Assembly (NCBI GenBank): GCA_963801165.1
Contig: CAWDDT010000006.1
Span: 224,001-288,000, forward strand
Length of the DNA: 64,000 bases
DNA from: an uncultured bacterium
GTDB taxonomy: Bacteria > Actinomycetota > Acidimicrobiia > Spongiisociales > UBA5794
Reading direction: 5' to 3'
The translations under genes were made by a program, and so were the position numbers. The notes below the pieces were generated by a model. That model saw only the letters and a program-made list of their open reading frames with translations. It was not told where the DNA came from and did no database searches. This document shows, one piece after another, positions 37,708-47,100 of this stretch. Position 1 is the stretch's first letter. Each line of letters starts with the position of its first letter.

Positions 37708-38115
37708 TCAGCCGACCCTGATCACCCGGAAGCGGATACGCTCGAGTTCCTGGTCTTCGAATGTGACCACGAACGCATAGCCTTTGGCATCGGGGAACTC
37801 GATACCGTGGAACGGGCTGACGATGGGCACGATGCTCGATGAGCCGGGAGGCAGGTTGGGAGGTGCGCCGACCCGTAGCTTGCCCTTCGCTTCGACCCCC
37901 ATATCGACCCCGTCTTCGTCGATGAGCCGCAGCGCGATCTCGAGATCGCGGTGGCGCTCATCGGGCTCGATCTCGGCGACCAGAGCGACGGTCAAGCTGC
38001 GATGAATCACCGGGACCTTCCGCGCACTGATGGTGTCGAAGCCTCCGCCCAGTACGAACAGCTTGCCACCCTGTACCTGTGCCGCATCGGCGAGCATTGC
38101 CGTCGTCAATCGCAC
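37708..38115 (-). CDS. Hypothetical protein (DUF6941-like)
   Basis: LADAAQVQGGKLFVLGGG. Confidence 0.7.
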   Translation of the reverse strand: MRLTTAMLADAAQVQGGKLFVLGGGFDTISARKVPVIHRSLTVALVAEIEPDERHRDLEIALRLIDEDGVDMGVEAKGKLRVGAPPNLPPGSSSIVPIVSPFHGIEFPDAKGYAFVVTFEDQELERIRFRVIRVG

Positions 38116-38297
38116 CGTCGTCTCCTCATCTTGCTGCCAGGCTCACAATAACGCCCGCAAGCAGGTTCACCTCTGCCTCCCCCCTGTATCGGCTGATTTC
38201 GAGAGCGACTCAACCGATCATTGCCATGGGTGGGACACTCGCCCATTCTGGAGCATGTGCGACGGCAGAACCGCGCTCCCCGCTTATTCTGACGCAA

Positions 38298-38972
38298 ATG
38301 TCGCTACGCATCCTCACCATGAACCTGTACAACGGCGCGGCCGATCCGACCGAGCTGGCCGCAGTGCTCGACGACGAGAAGCCGAATGTGGTCGCCGTCC
38401 AGGAGCTGTCGTCGAATAGCGCAACCGTGCTCTCTGAGTGGGGCGAGTCGACGCTGCTGGACCCGCGAGACGACGTTACCGGCATGGGCATGGCCGCGCG
38501 GACCCACCTCGCAACGTCCCGGGTCGACTTTCCCGGCCGCAACCCGATCATCGGGCGCTTCGACGGGGCGCCGTGGGGGCTGCCGGAGGTCGAGCTGGTC
38601 AATGTGCATTTCACTAACCCGATCTCGCTGCCTCTCTGGGACTCCCGGCGGAGGAGACGCGCCGAGCTGGACGCCCTGGAGGGCCTGCTCCGTGACCACG
38701 ACGGAACGAGTGCCCGAGTGGTCGTCGGCGACTTCAACTCCTCCCCAGCCTGGCCCTTCTACCGGCGGATCGCCGAGCTGGCGACCGACGGTGCGGTTCA
38801 GGCCGGCACCGCCCGCCGCACCTGGGGCTACTACCCCAACTCGCCACGGATGCTCAGGATCGACCACGTGTTTCTGCAAGGCCCGATCCGTTGTGTCGCT
38901 ACCGGCCTGGTCAAGGTCTCCGGCGCCGACCATCGTGGCCTGCTCATCGACCTGGAGCCGCTCGCCGGGTAG
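38298..38972 (+). CDS. Endonuclease/exonuclease/phosphatase family protein
   Basis: ILTMN, VAVQE, VGDFNS, RIDHV, ADH. Confidence 0.88.
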   Translation: MSLRILTMNLYNGAADPTELAAVLDDEKPNVVAVQELSSNSATVLSEWGESTLLDPRDDVTGMGMAARTHLATSRVDFPGRNPIIGRFDGAPWGLPEVELVNVHFTNPISLPLWDSRRRRRAELDALEGLLRDHDGTSARVVVGDFNSSPAWPFYRRIAELATDGAVQAGTARRTWGYYPNSPRMLRIDHVFLQGPIRCVATGLVKVSGADHRGLLIDLEPLAG

Positions 38973-39059
38973 TTGTCGGCGGGCGCGAGTGTGCGAATCA
39001 CCGGTCGTCGCCCACTCCCATAGGTCGCGTAGCGAGGTTTCCGCGAGGTATGCGTGGCC

Positions 39060-39464
39060 TCATGTCCGAGAATCGTGGGAAAGCAGATCCCATCGGTTGC
39101 CTTCGAGATCGAGGAAGACGGCGAGACGCCCGTACGGTTCCGTGCGAGGTTGCGAGACGAATTCCACGCCTGCGTTGACCATCCGCTCATAGGTGGAGTG
39201 AAAGTCGTCTACCCGAAGGAAGAATCCCACTCTCCCCGCAACTTGGTCTCCGGCCCTCTCGGCCTGACGTTCGCCGTCAGCCTGAGCAAGAAGTAGCCCG
39301 GTTTGCGCGTTCCGCGGCTTCACGACGACCCATCGTTTTGGTCGGCCATCGTTCGTCAGAGACGGCGAGTCGTCAACGAGCTCGAAGTCGAGGACATCTA
39401 TGAAGAACCTGACGGCAGCGTCGTAGTCCCGCACGATCAGAGTGACTAAGTCGATATGCGCCAA
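39060..39464 (-). CDS. VOC (glyoxalase/bleomycin resistance) family protein
   Basis: TTG start after GGAGG. LIVRDYD.A..FF, EPYGRLAVFLDLEGNRWDL. Confidence 0.88.
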   Translation of the reverse strand: MAHIDLVTLIVRDYDAAVRFFIDVLDFELVDDSPSLTNDGRPKRWVVVKPRNAQTGLLLAQADGERQAERAGDQVAGRVGFFLRVDDFHSTYERMVNAGVEFVSQPRTEPYGRLAVFLDLEGNRWDLLSHDSRT

Positions 39465-39571
39465 TGGATGAATACCTCCGAATTGTCCGGTCTGACCTCG
39501 AAGTCGAATCCTATGTCGCAAACACGACGTCGAGACACCGGCCACCGAACGGAATTGGTCATCGACCGAGG

Positions 39572-40009
39572 CTACCCCGCACGTAGCCTGGCGCGGCGCG
39601 CCCGGGTCCAGCCCAGGCCGATCCGCCAGGCGACCAGACCGAAGCCGTTGACGAGGATCGTCACCAGCACGAACACCCAGGGTATGTCGCGGTCGAGGGC
39701 CATCCCGCGTAGGAACGTCGCCAATGGCGCCGCCAGCAGCCACGCCCAGGCAACCCGCCATATACCCCCGGGGGAATCAATGGTGGCTTCCTCGTAGACA
39801 CCCAGGAAGGGGGCGACGGCGGCCCAAGCCAGCAGCCCGCTGAGCGCGGTGACCAGAAACCGTCCCACCGCATCGAGGGTGGCGTGGGTGGCAAACCCCA
39901 CAACGGTCAGCAGCACCAGCACGGCAGCGTCGCCGATCATTGCGGTTCTCTGGGTCGGTGTGATTCTCTGGGTCGGTGTGATTGTCTGGGTCGGTGTGAA
40001 TCGAGGCAT
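39572..40009 (-). CDS. DUF3054 family membrane protein
   Basis: GDAAVLVLLTVVGFATH, LR...WR pattern. The true start may be the Met at about 39940. Confidence 0.75.
   Translation of the reverse strand: MPRFTPTQTITPTQRITPTQRTAMIGDAAVLVLLTVVGFATHATLDAVGRFLVTALSGLLAWAAVAPFLGVYEEATIDSPGGIWRVAWAWLLAAPLATFLRGMALDRDIPWVFVLVTILVNGFGLVAWRIGLGWTRARRARLRAG
39948..39999. repeat. 18-bp tandem repeat x3 (core TCTGGGTCGGTGTGA)
   Basis: Read directly. Encodes TPTQTI-TPTQRI-TPTQRT on the minus strand. Confidence 0.85.
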
Positions 40010-40126
40010 GCAGCCAGGGACACTACCCCAGCGACCGTGCCACCAGACGCATCGGGGACCCGACCCGGGACTTTATGGGCCTTTTGGCCCTATGAGCGAC
40101 ACCGTCGCAGACGTATTACATACGGT

Positions 40127-40150
40127 ATATATGCGGAAGTGTGAATAGAT
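40127..40150 (+). promoter_or_regulatory. AT-rich imperfect dyad upstream of tusA, candidate repressor operator
   Basis: ATATATGC-N8-GAATAGAT (6/8 symmetric) within an AT-rich patch. Confidence 0.35.
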
Positions 40151-40289
40151 CCTATGTCGTTTACGGGCGAAAACGCATTGGTGCCAACCGGAAGGCCACC
40201 TCTGGTCACGGATCCGCTACACGACGCCCTCCCTCTCGACAACAGCTCCACCCCCTGGAGCGCGTCCCTTTCCCCCTGAGGAGGTTCCA

Positions 40290-40526
40290 ATGTCCGTAGC
40301 CGCCGATGAAGTTCTCGACTGCAGCGGCCTGGCCTGTCCCATGCCGATTCTGAAGACCAAGAAGGCAATCGATGCGCTAGAGCCCGGGAAGATCTTGAAG
40401 ATGATCGCCACCGACGCCGGCTCGCAAAGCGACATCGATGCTTGGACGAACCGAACGGGCCACGTGCTCGTCGATTCCGAAGTGTCCGGCGACAAGTTCA
40501 TCTTCTTTATCCAGAAGAAGGCCTGA
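40290..40526 (+). CDS. tusA: TusA family sulfurtransferase
   Basis: LDCSGLACPMPILK...ATDAGS..DI.AW. GGAGG Shine-Dalgarno. Confidence 0.93.
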   Translation: MSVAADEVLDCSGLACPMPILKTKKAIDALEPGKILKMIATDAGSQSDIDAWTNRTGHVLVDSEVSGDKFIFFIQKKA

Positions 40527-40527
40527 G

Positions 40528-40998
40528 ATGGGCACAACCAGGCGCTTGGGCATCATTGCCGGCCACGGGACTCTGGATGCCGCCTATCCCCCATTGATCC
40601 TCGCCACCTCGGCGGCGGCACTGGACATGGAGGCCGCCATCTTCTTCACCTTTTACGGGCTGGAGATCATCAAGAAGGGCCAGGCAGACAAGCTCCAGGT
40701 AGCGCCGATCGGCAATCCGGCCATGCCGGTATCCGTTCCCAACATCGTCGGCATGCTCCCCGGCATGACCGCCATGGCCACCCGCATGATGAACGGCTGG
40801 ATGGAGAAGGCCAACGTCGCCAAGGTCAGCGAGCTGCTCGAAATGGCGCAGATGGCCGAGGTCCGTCTCATCGCCTGCCAGATGACAATGGATGTGATGG
40901 GTATCAAGAAGGAAGACCTCATGGACGGCGTCGAGATCGGTGGCGCCACCACGTTCCTCGCCTACGTCGGCGAGGACGCCATCAGCCTCTCGTTCTAG
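40528..40998 (+). CDS. DsrE2-like (DsrE/F/DrsH) sulfur carrier
   Basis: GTLD.AYPPLILA, FFTFYGL, GNPAMP, IACQMTMD. Confidence 0.9.
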   Translation: MGTTRRLGIIAGHGTLDAAYPPLILATSAAALDMEAAIFFTFYGLEIIKKGQADKLQVAPIGNPAMPVSVPNIVGMLPGMTAMATRMMNGWMEKANVAKVSELLEMAQMAEVRLIACQMTMDVMGIKKEDLMDGVEIGGATTFLAYVGEDAISLSF

Positions 40999-41056
40999 CG
41001 GAGTGTGCTGATGAATCGCCGTGCTTCAGGGCACTTCGTTGAAGGGAATGCCAGCA

Positions 41057-41425
41057 ATGGATGAAGACAAGGTATTGATCGTCATGACCAGCGGCCCGGA
41101 CACACCGCGCCGCTGTGCCACCCCGTTCTTCATGGCCAATCTGGCCGCGGTCATGGATCAGGAAGTGACGATGTTCTTCACGATCGACGGCATCAAGCTC
41201 GTCGAAAAGGGCGTCGCTGAGGACATCTACCCCAAGGCAGGCGGCAAGTCGGTCGCCGAGTTTCGTGACGACTGCATCGAAGCCGGGGTCAAGTTCCTGG
41301 CCTGCACTGCGGCTACCGAACTGCATGATCTCACCGAAGACGACCTGATCGACGAAGTCGAGATGGCCGGCGGCGCAACCATGATGGCCATGGCCACCGA
41401 AGCCGGCACCGTGCTGAGTTTCTGA
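41057..41425 (+). CDS. DsrE3-like sulfur carrier
   Basis: TSGPDTPRRCATPFF, MFFTIDG, KFLAC, GGA. Confidence 0.85.
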   Translation: MDEDKVLIVMTSGPDTPRRCATPFFMANLAAVMDQEVTMFFTIDGIKLVEKGVAEDIYPKAGGKSVAEFRDDCIEAGVKFLACTAATELHDLTEDDLIDEVEMAGGATMMAMATEAGTVLSF

Positions 41426-41435
41426 GGAGGAGAAC

Positions 41436-41882
41436 ATGGCAACAGTCAACGGCTGCGACCTGCCCGAGGACGTCTTCTACAACCTGGAGAAGCACACCTG
41501 GGCGAGGTTGCTCGATGATGGCACAGTCCGGCTCGGAATGACCTCCGTTGCCGGCAAGCTGGCTGGTGGCACACTCGCTGCAGTCACGGTGTCTGCCCGC
41601 AAGGTCGGCAAGGAGATCGCGGCCGGCAAGAGCGTCGCCACCGTTGAGAGCAGCAAGTACGTCGGCCCTGTGCCGACGCCGGTCTCGGGAACACTGCTGC
41701 GAGGGAACGACCGCCTCGTCAACGAGCCGAATCTGGCGGTATCGGACCCCTACGGGGACGGATGGATCGCCGAGGTGACTCCCTCCGACTGGGACGGCGA
41801 GAGCCCGGCGCTGCCATCAGGCGCCGCCGGTGTCGCCGCCTACCAGGCGTGGCTGGAGGCAGAGGGGGTGTCCTGCACCTAG
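41436..41882 (+). CDS. LbpA-like lipoate-binding protein (GcvH fold)
   Basis: VESSKYVGPV lipoylation motif, DPYGDGW, Cys at both termini (VNGCDLP, GVSCT). Confidence 0.85.
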   Translation: MATVNGCDLPEDVFYNLEKHTWARLLDDGTVRLGMTSVAGKLAGGTLAAVTVSARKVGKEIAAGKSVATVESSKYVGPVPTPVSGTLLRGNDRLVNEPNLAVSDPYGDGWIAEVTPSDWDGESPALPSGAAGVAAYQAWLEAEGVSCT

Positions 41883-41940
41883 GTACGGATCCATTGCAGG
41901 CAGACACGCCCCGACCAAGCCGAACCGGAGGAGGGGACCT

Positions 41941-43080
41941 ATGGGCGAAGAATCGATATACGAACATCTAGCCAAACAAGGGGTCAGCCGCCGAGACTTC
42001 ATCACTTACTGCGGAGTCATCGCCGGAGGACTCGGACTCAACCACCTGGCACCAGTAGGCGCCAGCGGGCTGCCGGCGAGACTCGCCGACGTACCGACAC
42101 CCGATCTGACCGCGATGGTCAGCCGTGCACTCCAGACCAAGCCCCGGCTCCCGGTCATCTGGCTCGAATTCCAGGACTGCGCGGGATGCACCGAGGCTCT
42201 GACCCGATCGCAGTCACCGACGCTGATCGATCTCGTGCTGAACAAGATATCCATCGACTACCACGAGACGTTGTTCGCCGCGGCAGGGTTCCAGGCCGAG
42301 CAGAACCGCGACGCGGTCATGGAGCAGTACAACGGGCAGTACGTGCTGGTGGTCGAAGGCAGCATCCCGGTCGCCGACGGCGGCATCTATTGCACCGTCG
42401 GTGGGCGCACCGCGGTCGACATCGTCGAACAGGCGGCTGCGGGGGCCGCGGCCATCATCGCCACCGGCAACTGCGCTGCGTACGGGGGAATCCCCAAGGC
42501 GAAACCCAACCCCACAGGCGCCAAGGGCTTGATGGACATCATCACCGACAAGCCCGTGGTCAACATCCCGGGTTGCCCGGCGATCCCCGAATCGTTCACC
42601 GGCACCCTCGCCCACTTCCTGATCTTCGGAGAGCTGCCGGAGCTCGACGACCTGGGCCGACCCAAGGCGTTCTACGGAACGACCATCCACGACCGCTGCT
42701 TGCGGCGCCCCTTCTACGAGGCGGGCAAGTTCGCCAAGAGCTTCGACGACGAAGGAGCTCGCCACGGCTGGTGTCTCTACAAGCTCGGCTGCAAAGGCCC
42801 GACTACCTACAACGCCTGCGCCACGATCAAGTGGGACGGCGGCCTCTCGTTCCCGATCCAGTCGGGGCACCCGTGCCTCGGATGCTCCCAGCCGGACTTC
42901 TGGGACGGGGGCGGCTTCTACCAGGGTCAGTCTGCGCCGCTCGATAGGCCGGGCGTCACGATGGTCGGTACCGCGGCTGTGGTGGGTGCGGCCGCCGGTG
43001 CCGGGTTTGCGGTAGCGAACCGCTCGGCAAAGAAGCGTCTCGAGACCATCGAGGTAGCACCCGGAGAGGAGTCGTCATGA
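41941..43080 (+). CDS. [NiFe]-hydrogenase small subunit, Tat-exported with C-terminal anchor
   Basis: SRRDFITYC, QDCAGCTE, GNCAAYGG, PGCP, HDRCLRR, WCLYKLGCKGP, GHPCLGC. Confidence 0.97.
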   Translation: MGEESIYEHLAKQGVSRRDFITYCGVIAGGLGLNHLAPVGASGLPARLADVPTPDLTAMVSRALQTKPRLPVIWLEFQDCAGCTEALTRSQSPTLIDLVLNKISIDYHETLFAAAGFQAEQNRDAVMEQYNGQYVLVVEGSIPVADGGIYCTVGGRTAVDIVEQAAAGAAAIIATGNCAAYGGIPKAKPNPTGAKGLMDIITDKPVVNIPGCPAIPESFTGTLAHFLIFGELPELDDLGRPKAFYGTTIHDRCLRRPFYEAGKFAKSFDDEGARHGWCLYKLGCKGPTTYNACATIKWDGGLSFPIQSGHPCLGCSQPDFWDGGGFYQGQSAPLDRPGVTMVGTAAVVGAAAGAGFAVANRSAKKRLETIEVAPGEESS

Positions 43081-43754
43081 CCTGGACCGACACGCTCGAG
43101 TTCCTCCGGGGACCACTCTTCCGGATCGCGTTCCTCGTCTTCATCGCCGGGCTGGCGTACCGCCTGATCCGGGTGGTGACGCTGGGGTGGCCCAAGGACA
43201 AGGTGCTCTCGGCGGGCAGCAAGGCCAAAGGTGTAGCGACCACGTACGTCAAAGCGATCGGCATCTTCCCGTTCATCCCCTGGGTGAAAAAGACGTTCAA
43301 CGGCAATGCGGTGACGTTTCTCGCCGGCGGGATGTTCCATGTTGGGTTGATATCCGTGATCCTCCTGGGGACCGCCCACATGCTGGCGTGGAAGAGCCTG
43401 CTCGGCTTCGGATGGCCGACGCTGTCTCTGCCGATCATCGACTGGCTCGCCGCCGCCACCATCGCTGCCATGGTTGCTCTGCTGGTGAACCGCTTGACCC
43501 ATCCGGTCGTGCGCAAGCTGTCGGGGCCGGCGGAGTTCCTCAACTGGACGCTCGTCTTCCTGCCGATGGTGACCGGCTACATGATGACCCATCACATGTT
43601 CTTCAGGTATGAAACGCTGTTCAGCCTGCACATGTTGACCGTCGACGTGATGTTGATCTGGATCCCGTTCAGCCGGCTGTCGCACTTCGTGTTCTATTTC
43701 TTCTCACGAACGATCCACGGGGCGCAGTTCGGCAAACGTGCGGTGACTCCGTAG
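43077..43754 (+). CDS. Isp1-like membrane b-type cytochrome (NarI/DsrM/HdrE family)
   Basis: About 5 TM helices with paired His (MFH..AH, LH..PFSRLSH). Lies between the hydrogenase subunits. Confidence 0.88.
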   Translation: MTWTDTLEFLRGPLFRIAFLVFIAGLAYRLIRVVTLGWPKDKVLSAGSKAKGVATTYVKAIGIFPFIPWVKKTFNGNAVTFLAGGMFHVGLISVILLGTAHMLAWKSLLGFGWPTLSLPIIDWLAAATIAAMVALLVNRLTHPVVRKLSGPAEFLNWTLVFLPMVTGYMMTHHMFFRYETLFSLHMLTVDVMLIWIPFSRLSHFVFYFFSRTIHGAQFGKRAVTP

Positions 43755-43763
43755 GAGGTGGCC

Positions 43764-45032
43764 ATGAGTACACACATAGCTCTAGACACGTTCGTAGCGG
43801 AGACAGGTGGCTGGGTTGCGGCACAGCTCGAGGCGTGCACCCGCTGCGGTATCTGCGCCGAGGCGTGCCATTTCTACCAGGCCACAGGCAACCCCGATTT
43901 CGCCCCCGTGTGGAAGATCGAGGTGCTTCGCAAGGCCTACGAGCAGCGGATGACACCGGGCGGCAAGCTGAAGACCGCATTTCATATCGAGAAGAAGATC
44001 GACGACCAGGAGCTCCTCGACTGGAGCAAGATCGTCTACGAAGCATGCACGGTGTGCAACAAATGCTCGATGGCATGCCCGATGGGCATCGACCTGGGCC
44101 CGCTGATCCACAACGTCCGCACCGGCCTCGCCGCGGCGGGCCTGGTTCCCGCGGACCTTGCTGCGGCCGTGCAGAAGCAGCTCGACGAGGGCAGCCCGCT
44201 CGGTGTGACCGATGACGTTTTCGCCGACCGGATGGACTGGGTACAGGACGACTGGGACGTCGACATCCCGATCGACAAGGAAGGCGCCGACACGATGGTC
44301 GTCTTCTCGTCGATCGAGATCATGAAGTTCCCCGAGAACCTCGCTGACATCGCCAGGATCCTCAACACAGCCGGCGAGAACTGGACCTTGAGCTCCAAAG
44401 GCCGTGAAGTGGTGAACTTCGGTTTCTACGAGGGAAGCCCCGAGCACACTGCGTTGTTCCTGCAGAAGCTGGTCGACGCAGCGACTGAGTTGAAGGTCAA
44501 GAAGATCGTCGTCACCGAGTGCGGGCACGCATACGACGCGCTCCGGTGGACCGCCGCCAATCTGATCGATGTTCCCAAGGAACTCGAAATCACCCACATC
44601 GTTGCGTTGATGGACAAGTTCGTCAGCGAAGGCAAGATCAAACTGAAGAAAGGTGCCTTTGACGGAAGCGGCGGCATCGCGTTCCACGATGCCTGCAAGA
44701 TCCAGCGGCGTGGTGGCCATATCGAGGAGCCGAGGCGGCTGCTCAACATTCTGGCGCCCGAGTCGTTCCGCGAGTTGACCCCCAACAAGGAGCAGGCCAT
44801 CTGCTGCGGCGGCGGTGGTGGCGTGATCGCGATCAAGGAAGCCGATCCGTACCGCTTCGCCGTGTTCGGTCTCAAGATCGATCAGGCGAAGGTAGCCGGA
44901 GCGGACACAGTGGTGATGGCGTGCTCCAACTGCCGTCTCCAGTTCCTCGACGGGATCCAGCACTACGGCTCCGAGCTGAAGATCAAGGGACTATCGAACA
45001 TGGTTGCCGAGGCGATGGAAGGAGCGAACTGA
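43764..45032 (+). CDS. Isp2-like Fe-S oxidoreductase (DsrK/HdrD/HmcF family, CCG domain)
   Basis: Two CxxCxxCxxxC motifs, TECGH, HDAC, CCGGGG, ACSNC. Confidence 0.92.
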   Translation: MSTHIALDTFVAETGGWVAAQLEACTRCGICAEACHFYQATGNPDFAPVWKIEVLRKAYEQRMTPGGKLKTAFHIEKKIDDQELLDWSKIVYEACTVCNKCSMACPMGIDLGPLIHNVRTGLAAAGLVPADLAAAVQKQLDEGSPLGVTDDVFADRMDWVQDDWDVDIPIDKEGADTMVVFSSIEIMKFPENLADIARILNTAGENWTLSSKGREVVNFGFYEGSPEHTALFLQKLVDAATELKVKKIVVTECGHAYDALRWTAANLIDVPKELEITHIVALMDKFVSEGKIKLKKGAFDGSGGIAFHDACKIQRRGGHIEEPRRLLNILAPESFRELTPNKEQAICCGGGGGVIAIKEADPYRFAVFGLKIDQAKVAGADTVVMACSNCRLQFLDGIQHYGSELKIKGLSNMVAEAMEGAN

Positions 45033-45352
45033 TGGCGTCATTCACTCTGACTCCCGTGGAGAAGGGCATCATGCGCTGCCGCCACACCGGCGAGCTCAGC
45101 CATGAGGATGTGCAGACCCTCGCATCCTTCTTGCACGACTATCGAGGGAAGCTCCTGATCGACCTCACCGACATCACCGGGGAGGAGTGCGGCCGGCATA
45201 TCCATGAGTTCGCACCGATGATGCCGACCGCCGCCATCTTCGGGGCCGAGCTGGACCCGGGAGTGCTCGACTTCCCGGAGAGCTACTACACACACCAGGT
45301 GAAGCTATTTGACACAGAGGCCGAGGCGCTCGCCTGGCTTCGCGAGCAATAG
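45032..45352 (+). CDS. Small hypothetical protein (SpoIIAA/STAS-like C-terminus)
   Basis: TGATG overlap with isp2. LLIDL and KLFDTEAEALAWL. Confidence 0.7.
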   Translation: MASFTLTPVEKGIMRCRHTGELSHEDVQTLASFLHDYRGKLLIDLTDITGEECGRHIHEFAPMMPTAAIFGAELDPGVLDFPESYYTHQVKLFDTEAEALAWLREQ

Positions 45353-45360
45353 GAGGTCCC

Positions 45361-47100
45361 GTGGCTACACGATTGGTTGTAGACCCGATTACCCGTATCG
45401 AGGGGCACCTCCGCATCGAAGCGGAGCTGGACGCCGACAACACGATCACCGCGGCTTACTCGTCGGGCACGATGGTGCGTGGCATCGAGATCATCCTCGA
45501 GGGCCGCGACCCGCGCGACGCCTGGGCATTCGCCCAGCGCGCCTGTGGGGTGTGCACCACCGTGCACTCGTTCGCCTCGATCCGTTCGGTTGAGGACGCC
45601 CTCGACATCCAGATTCCGCATGCGGCCAACCTCATCCGGAACCTGATGATCGCCCAGCAGTACGTACACGACCATGTCATGCACTTCTATCACCTGCATG
45701 CCCTCGACTGGGTCGACATCGTCAATGCTCTCCAGGCCGACCCTGCCGAGACGTCGGCGATCCAGCAGAGCATCTCCACCTGGAAGAACTCGTCGCCTGG
45801 ATACTTCGCCGACGTACAGAAGAAGGTGCAGTCAATCGTCGACAGCGGCCAGCTGTCGATCTTTGCCAACGCCTACTGGGGTCATCCGGCGTACAAGCTC
45901 CCACCCGCGGTGAACCTGCTGGCGGTCGCCCACTACCTGGAGGCCCTCGACTGGCAGTCGCACGTCACCAAGATCCACACGATCTTCGGCGGCAAGAACC
46001 CGCACCCGAATTTCGTTGTCGGCGGTGTTCCGATGCCGATCGATCTGAACAGCGACACGGCGCTGAATGCCTCGAGACTGTCGATCATCTCCGACTCGAT
46101 CGACCGGATCATCGAGTTCGTCGACCAGGTCTATCTGCCCGACGTGCTGGCGATCGCACCCAACTACCTCGAGTACGCATCGATCGGTGAGGGTTTGGGC
46201 AACTTCCTCACCTGGGGCGAGCTTCCCGGAGATGACAACCGCGACACATCGAAGTTCCTGGTGCCCCGGACCCTGATCGTCAACCGTGACCTGACGACGA
46301 TCACCGAACCGGACCCGCGCGACTTTGAGCGGATGCAGGAGTTCATCACCCATTCTTGGTACGAGTACGCCGACGGTGACAACGCCGGGCTCCACCCCTG
46401 GGATGGTGAGACCAAGTTCAACTACACAGGTCCTCAGCCACCATATGAGGAGCTGAACGTTGACGGGAAGTACTCCTGGCTCAAGGCACCGCGCTGGAAC
46501 GGCATGCCGGTCGAGGTGGGACCGCTCGCCCGAGTTCTCGCCTTGTATGCGACCGGTCACGCACAGACCGTCGACCTGGTCGACGCCACCTTGAAAGCCC
46601 TCGACGCTCCCCTAGGCGCCGTCTTCTCCACATTGGGGAGAACCGCGGCAAGGGCGATCGAGTCCAAGGTGTTTGCGGACTCCTTGCGTACGACGTACGA
46701 CGAGTTGATCGCGGCGATCAAGGCCGGTGACACCAGGACCTTCAACAACGACCGCTGGGAGCCCCGCTCCTGGCCGAGCGAGGCACGCGGTTTCGGCTTC
46801 ATGGAAGCCCCCCGCGGCGCCCTCGGTCACTGGATCGTCATCAAGAACCGGAAGATCGAGAACTACCAGATGGTCGTCCCGACCACCTGGAACGCGTCGC
46901 CTCGCGACGGCAACGGGCAAGCGGGTGCCTACGAGGCATCGCTGCTCAACCACAAATTGGCGAAGCCCGAGTGGCCGCTCGAGATCCTGCGTACGATCCA
47001 CTCATTCGACCCGTGCATGGCCTGCGCCATCCACATGATCGACGCCACCGGCGAGTCGGTCGCCGAGGTTGCCACCGGCATGAACGTCTGCATGACATGA
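45361..47100 (+). CDS. [NiFe]-hydrogenase large subunit (group 1, 1e-type by gene order)
   Basis: DPITRIEGHL, L1 RACGVCTTVH, L2 SFDPCMACAIH, cleavable C-terminal tail. Confidence 0.98.
   Translation: MATRLVVDPITRIEGHLRIEAELDADNTITAAYSSGTMVRGIEIILEGRDPRDAWAFAQRACGVCTTVHSFASIRSVEDALDIQIPHAANLIRNLMIAQQYVHDHVMHFYHLHALDWVDIVNALQADPAETSAIQQSISTWKNSSPGYFADVQKKVQSIVDSGQLSIFANAYWGHPAYKLPPAVNLLAVAHYLEALDWQSHVTKIHTIFGGKNPHPNFVVGGVPMPIDLNSDTALNASRLSIISDSIDRIIEFVDQVYLPDVLAIAPNYLEYASIGEGLGNFLTWGELPGDDNRDTSKFLVPRTLIVNRDLTTITEPDPRDFERMQEFITHSWYEYADGDNAGLHPWDGETKFNYTGPQPPYEELNVDGKYSWLKAPRWNGMPVEVGPLARVLALYATGHAQTVDLVDATLKALDAPLGAVFSTLGRTAARAIESKVFADSLRTTYDELIAAIKAGDTRTFNNDRWEPRSWPSEARGFGFMEAPRGALGHWIVIKNRKIENYQMVVPTTWNASPRDGNGQAGAYEASLLNHKLAKPEWPLEILRTIHSFDPCMACAIHMIDATGESVAEVATGMNVCMT

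Noticed and set aside
43077-45032. Dissimilatory sulfite reduction DsrMK or nitrate reductase
   Set aside because: No dsrABC or narGH in the window, and the position between hydrogenase subunits indicates Isp1/Isp2
46990-47035. [NiFeSe] hydrogenase / selenocysteine recoding
   Set aside because: L2 motif is DPCMAC with TGC codons and no in-frame TGA
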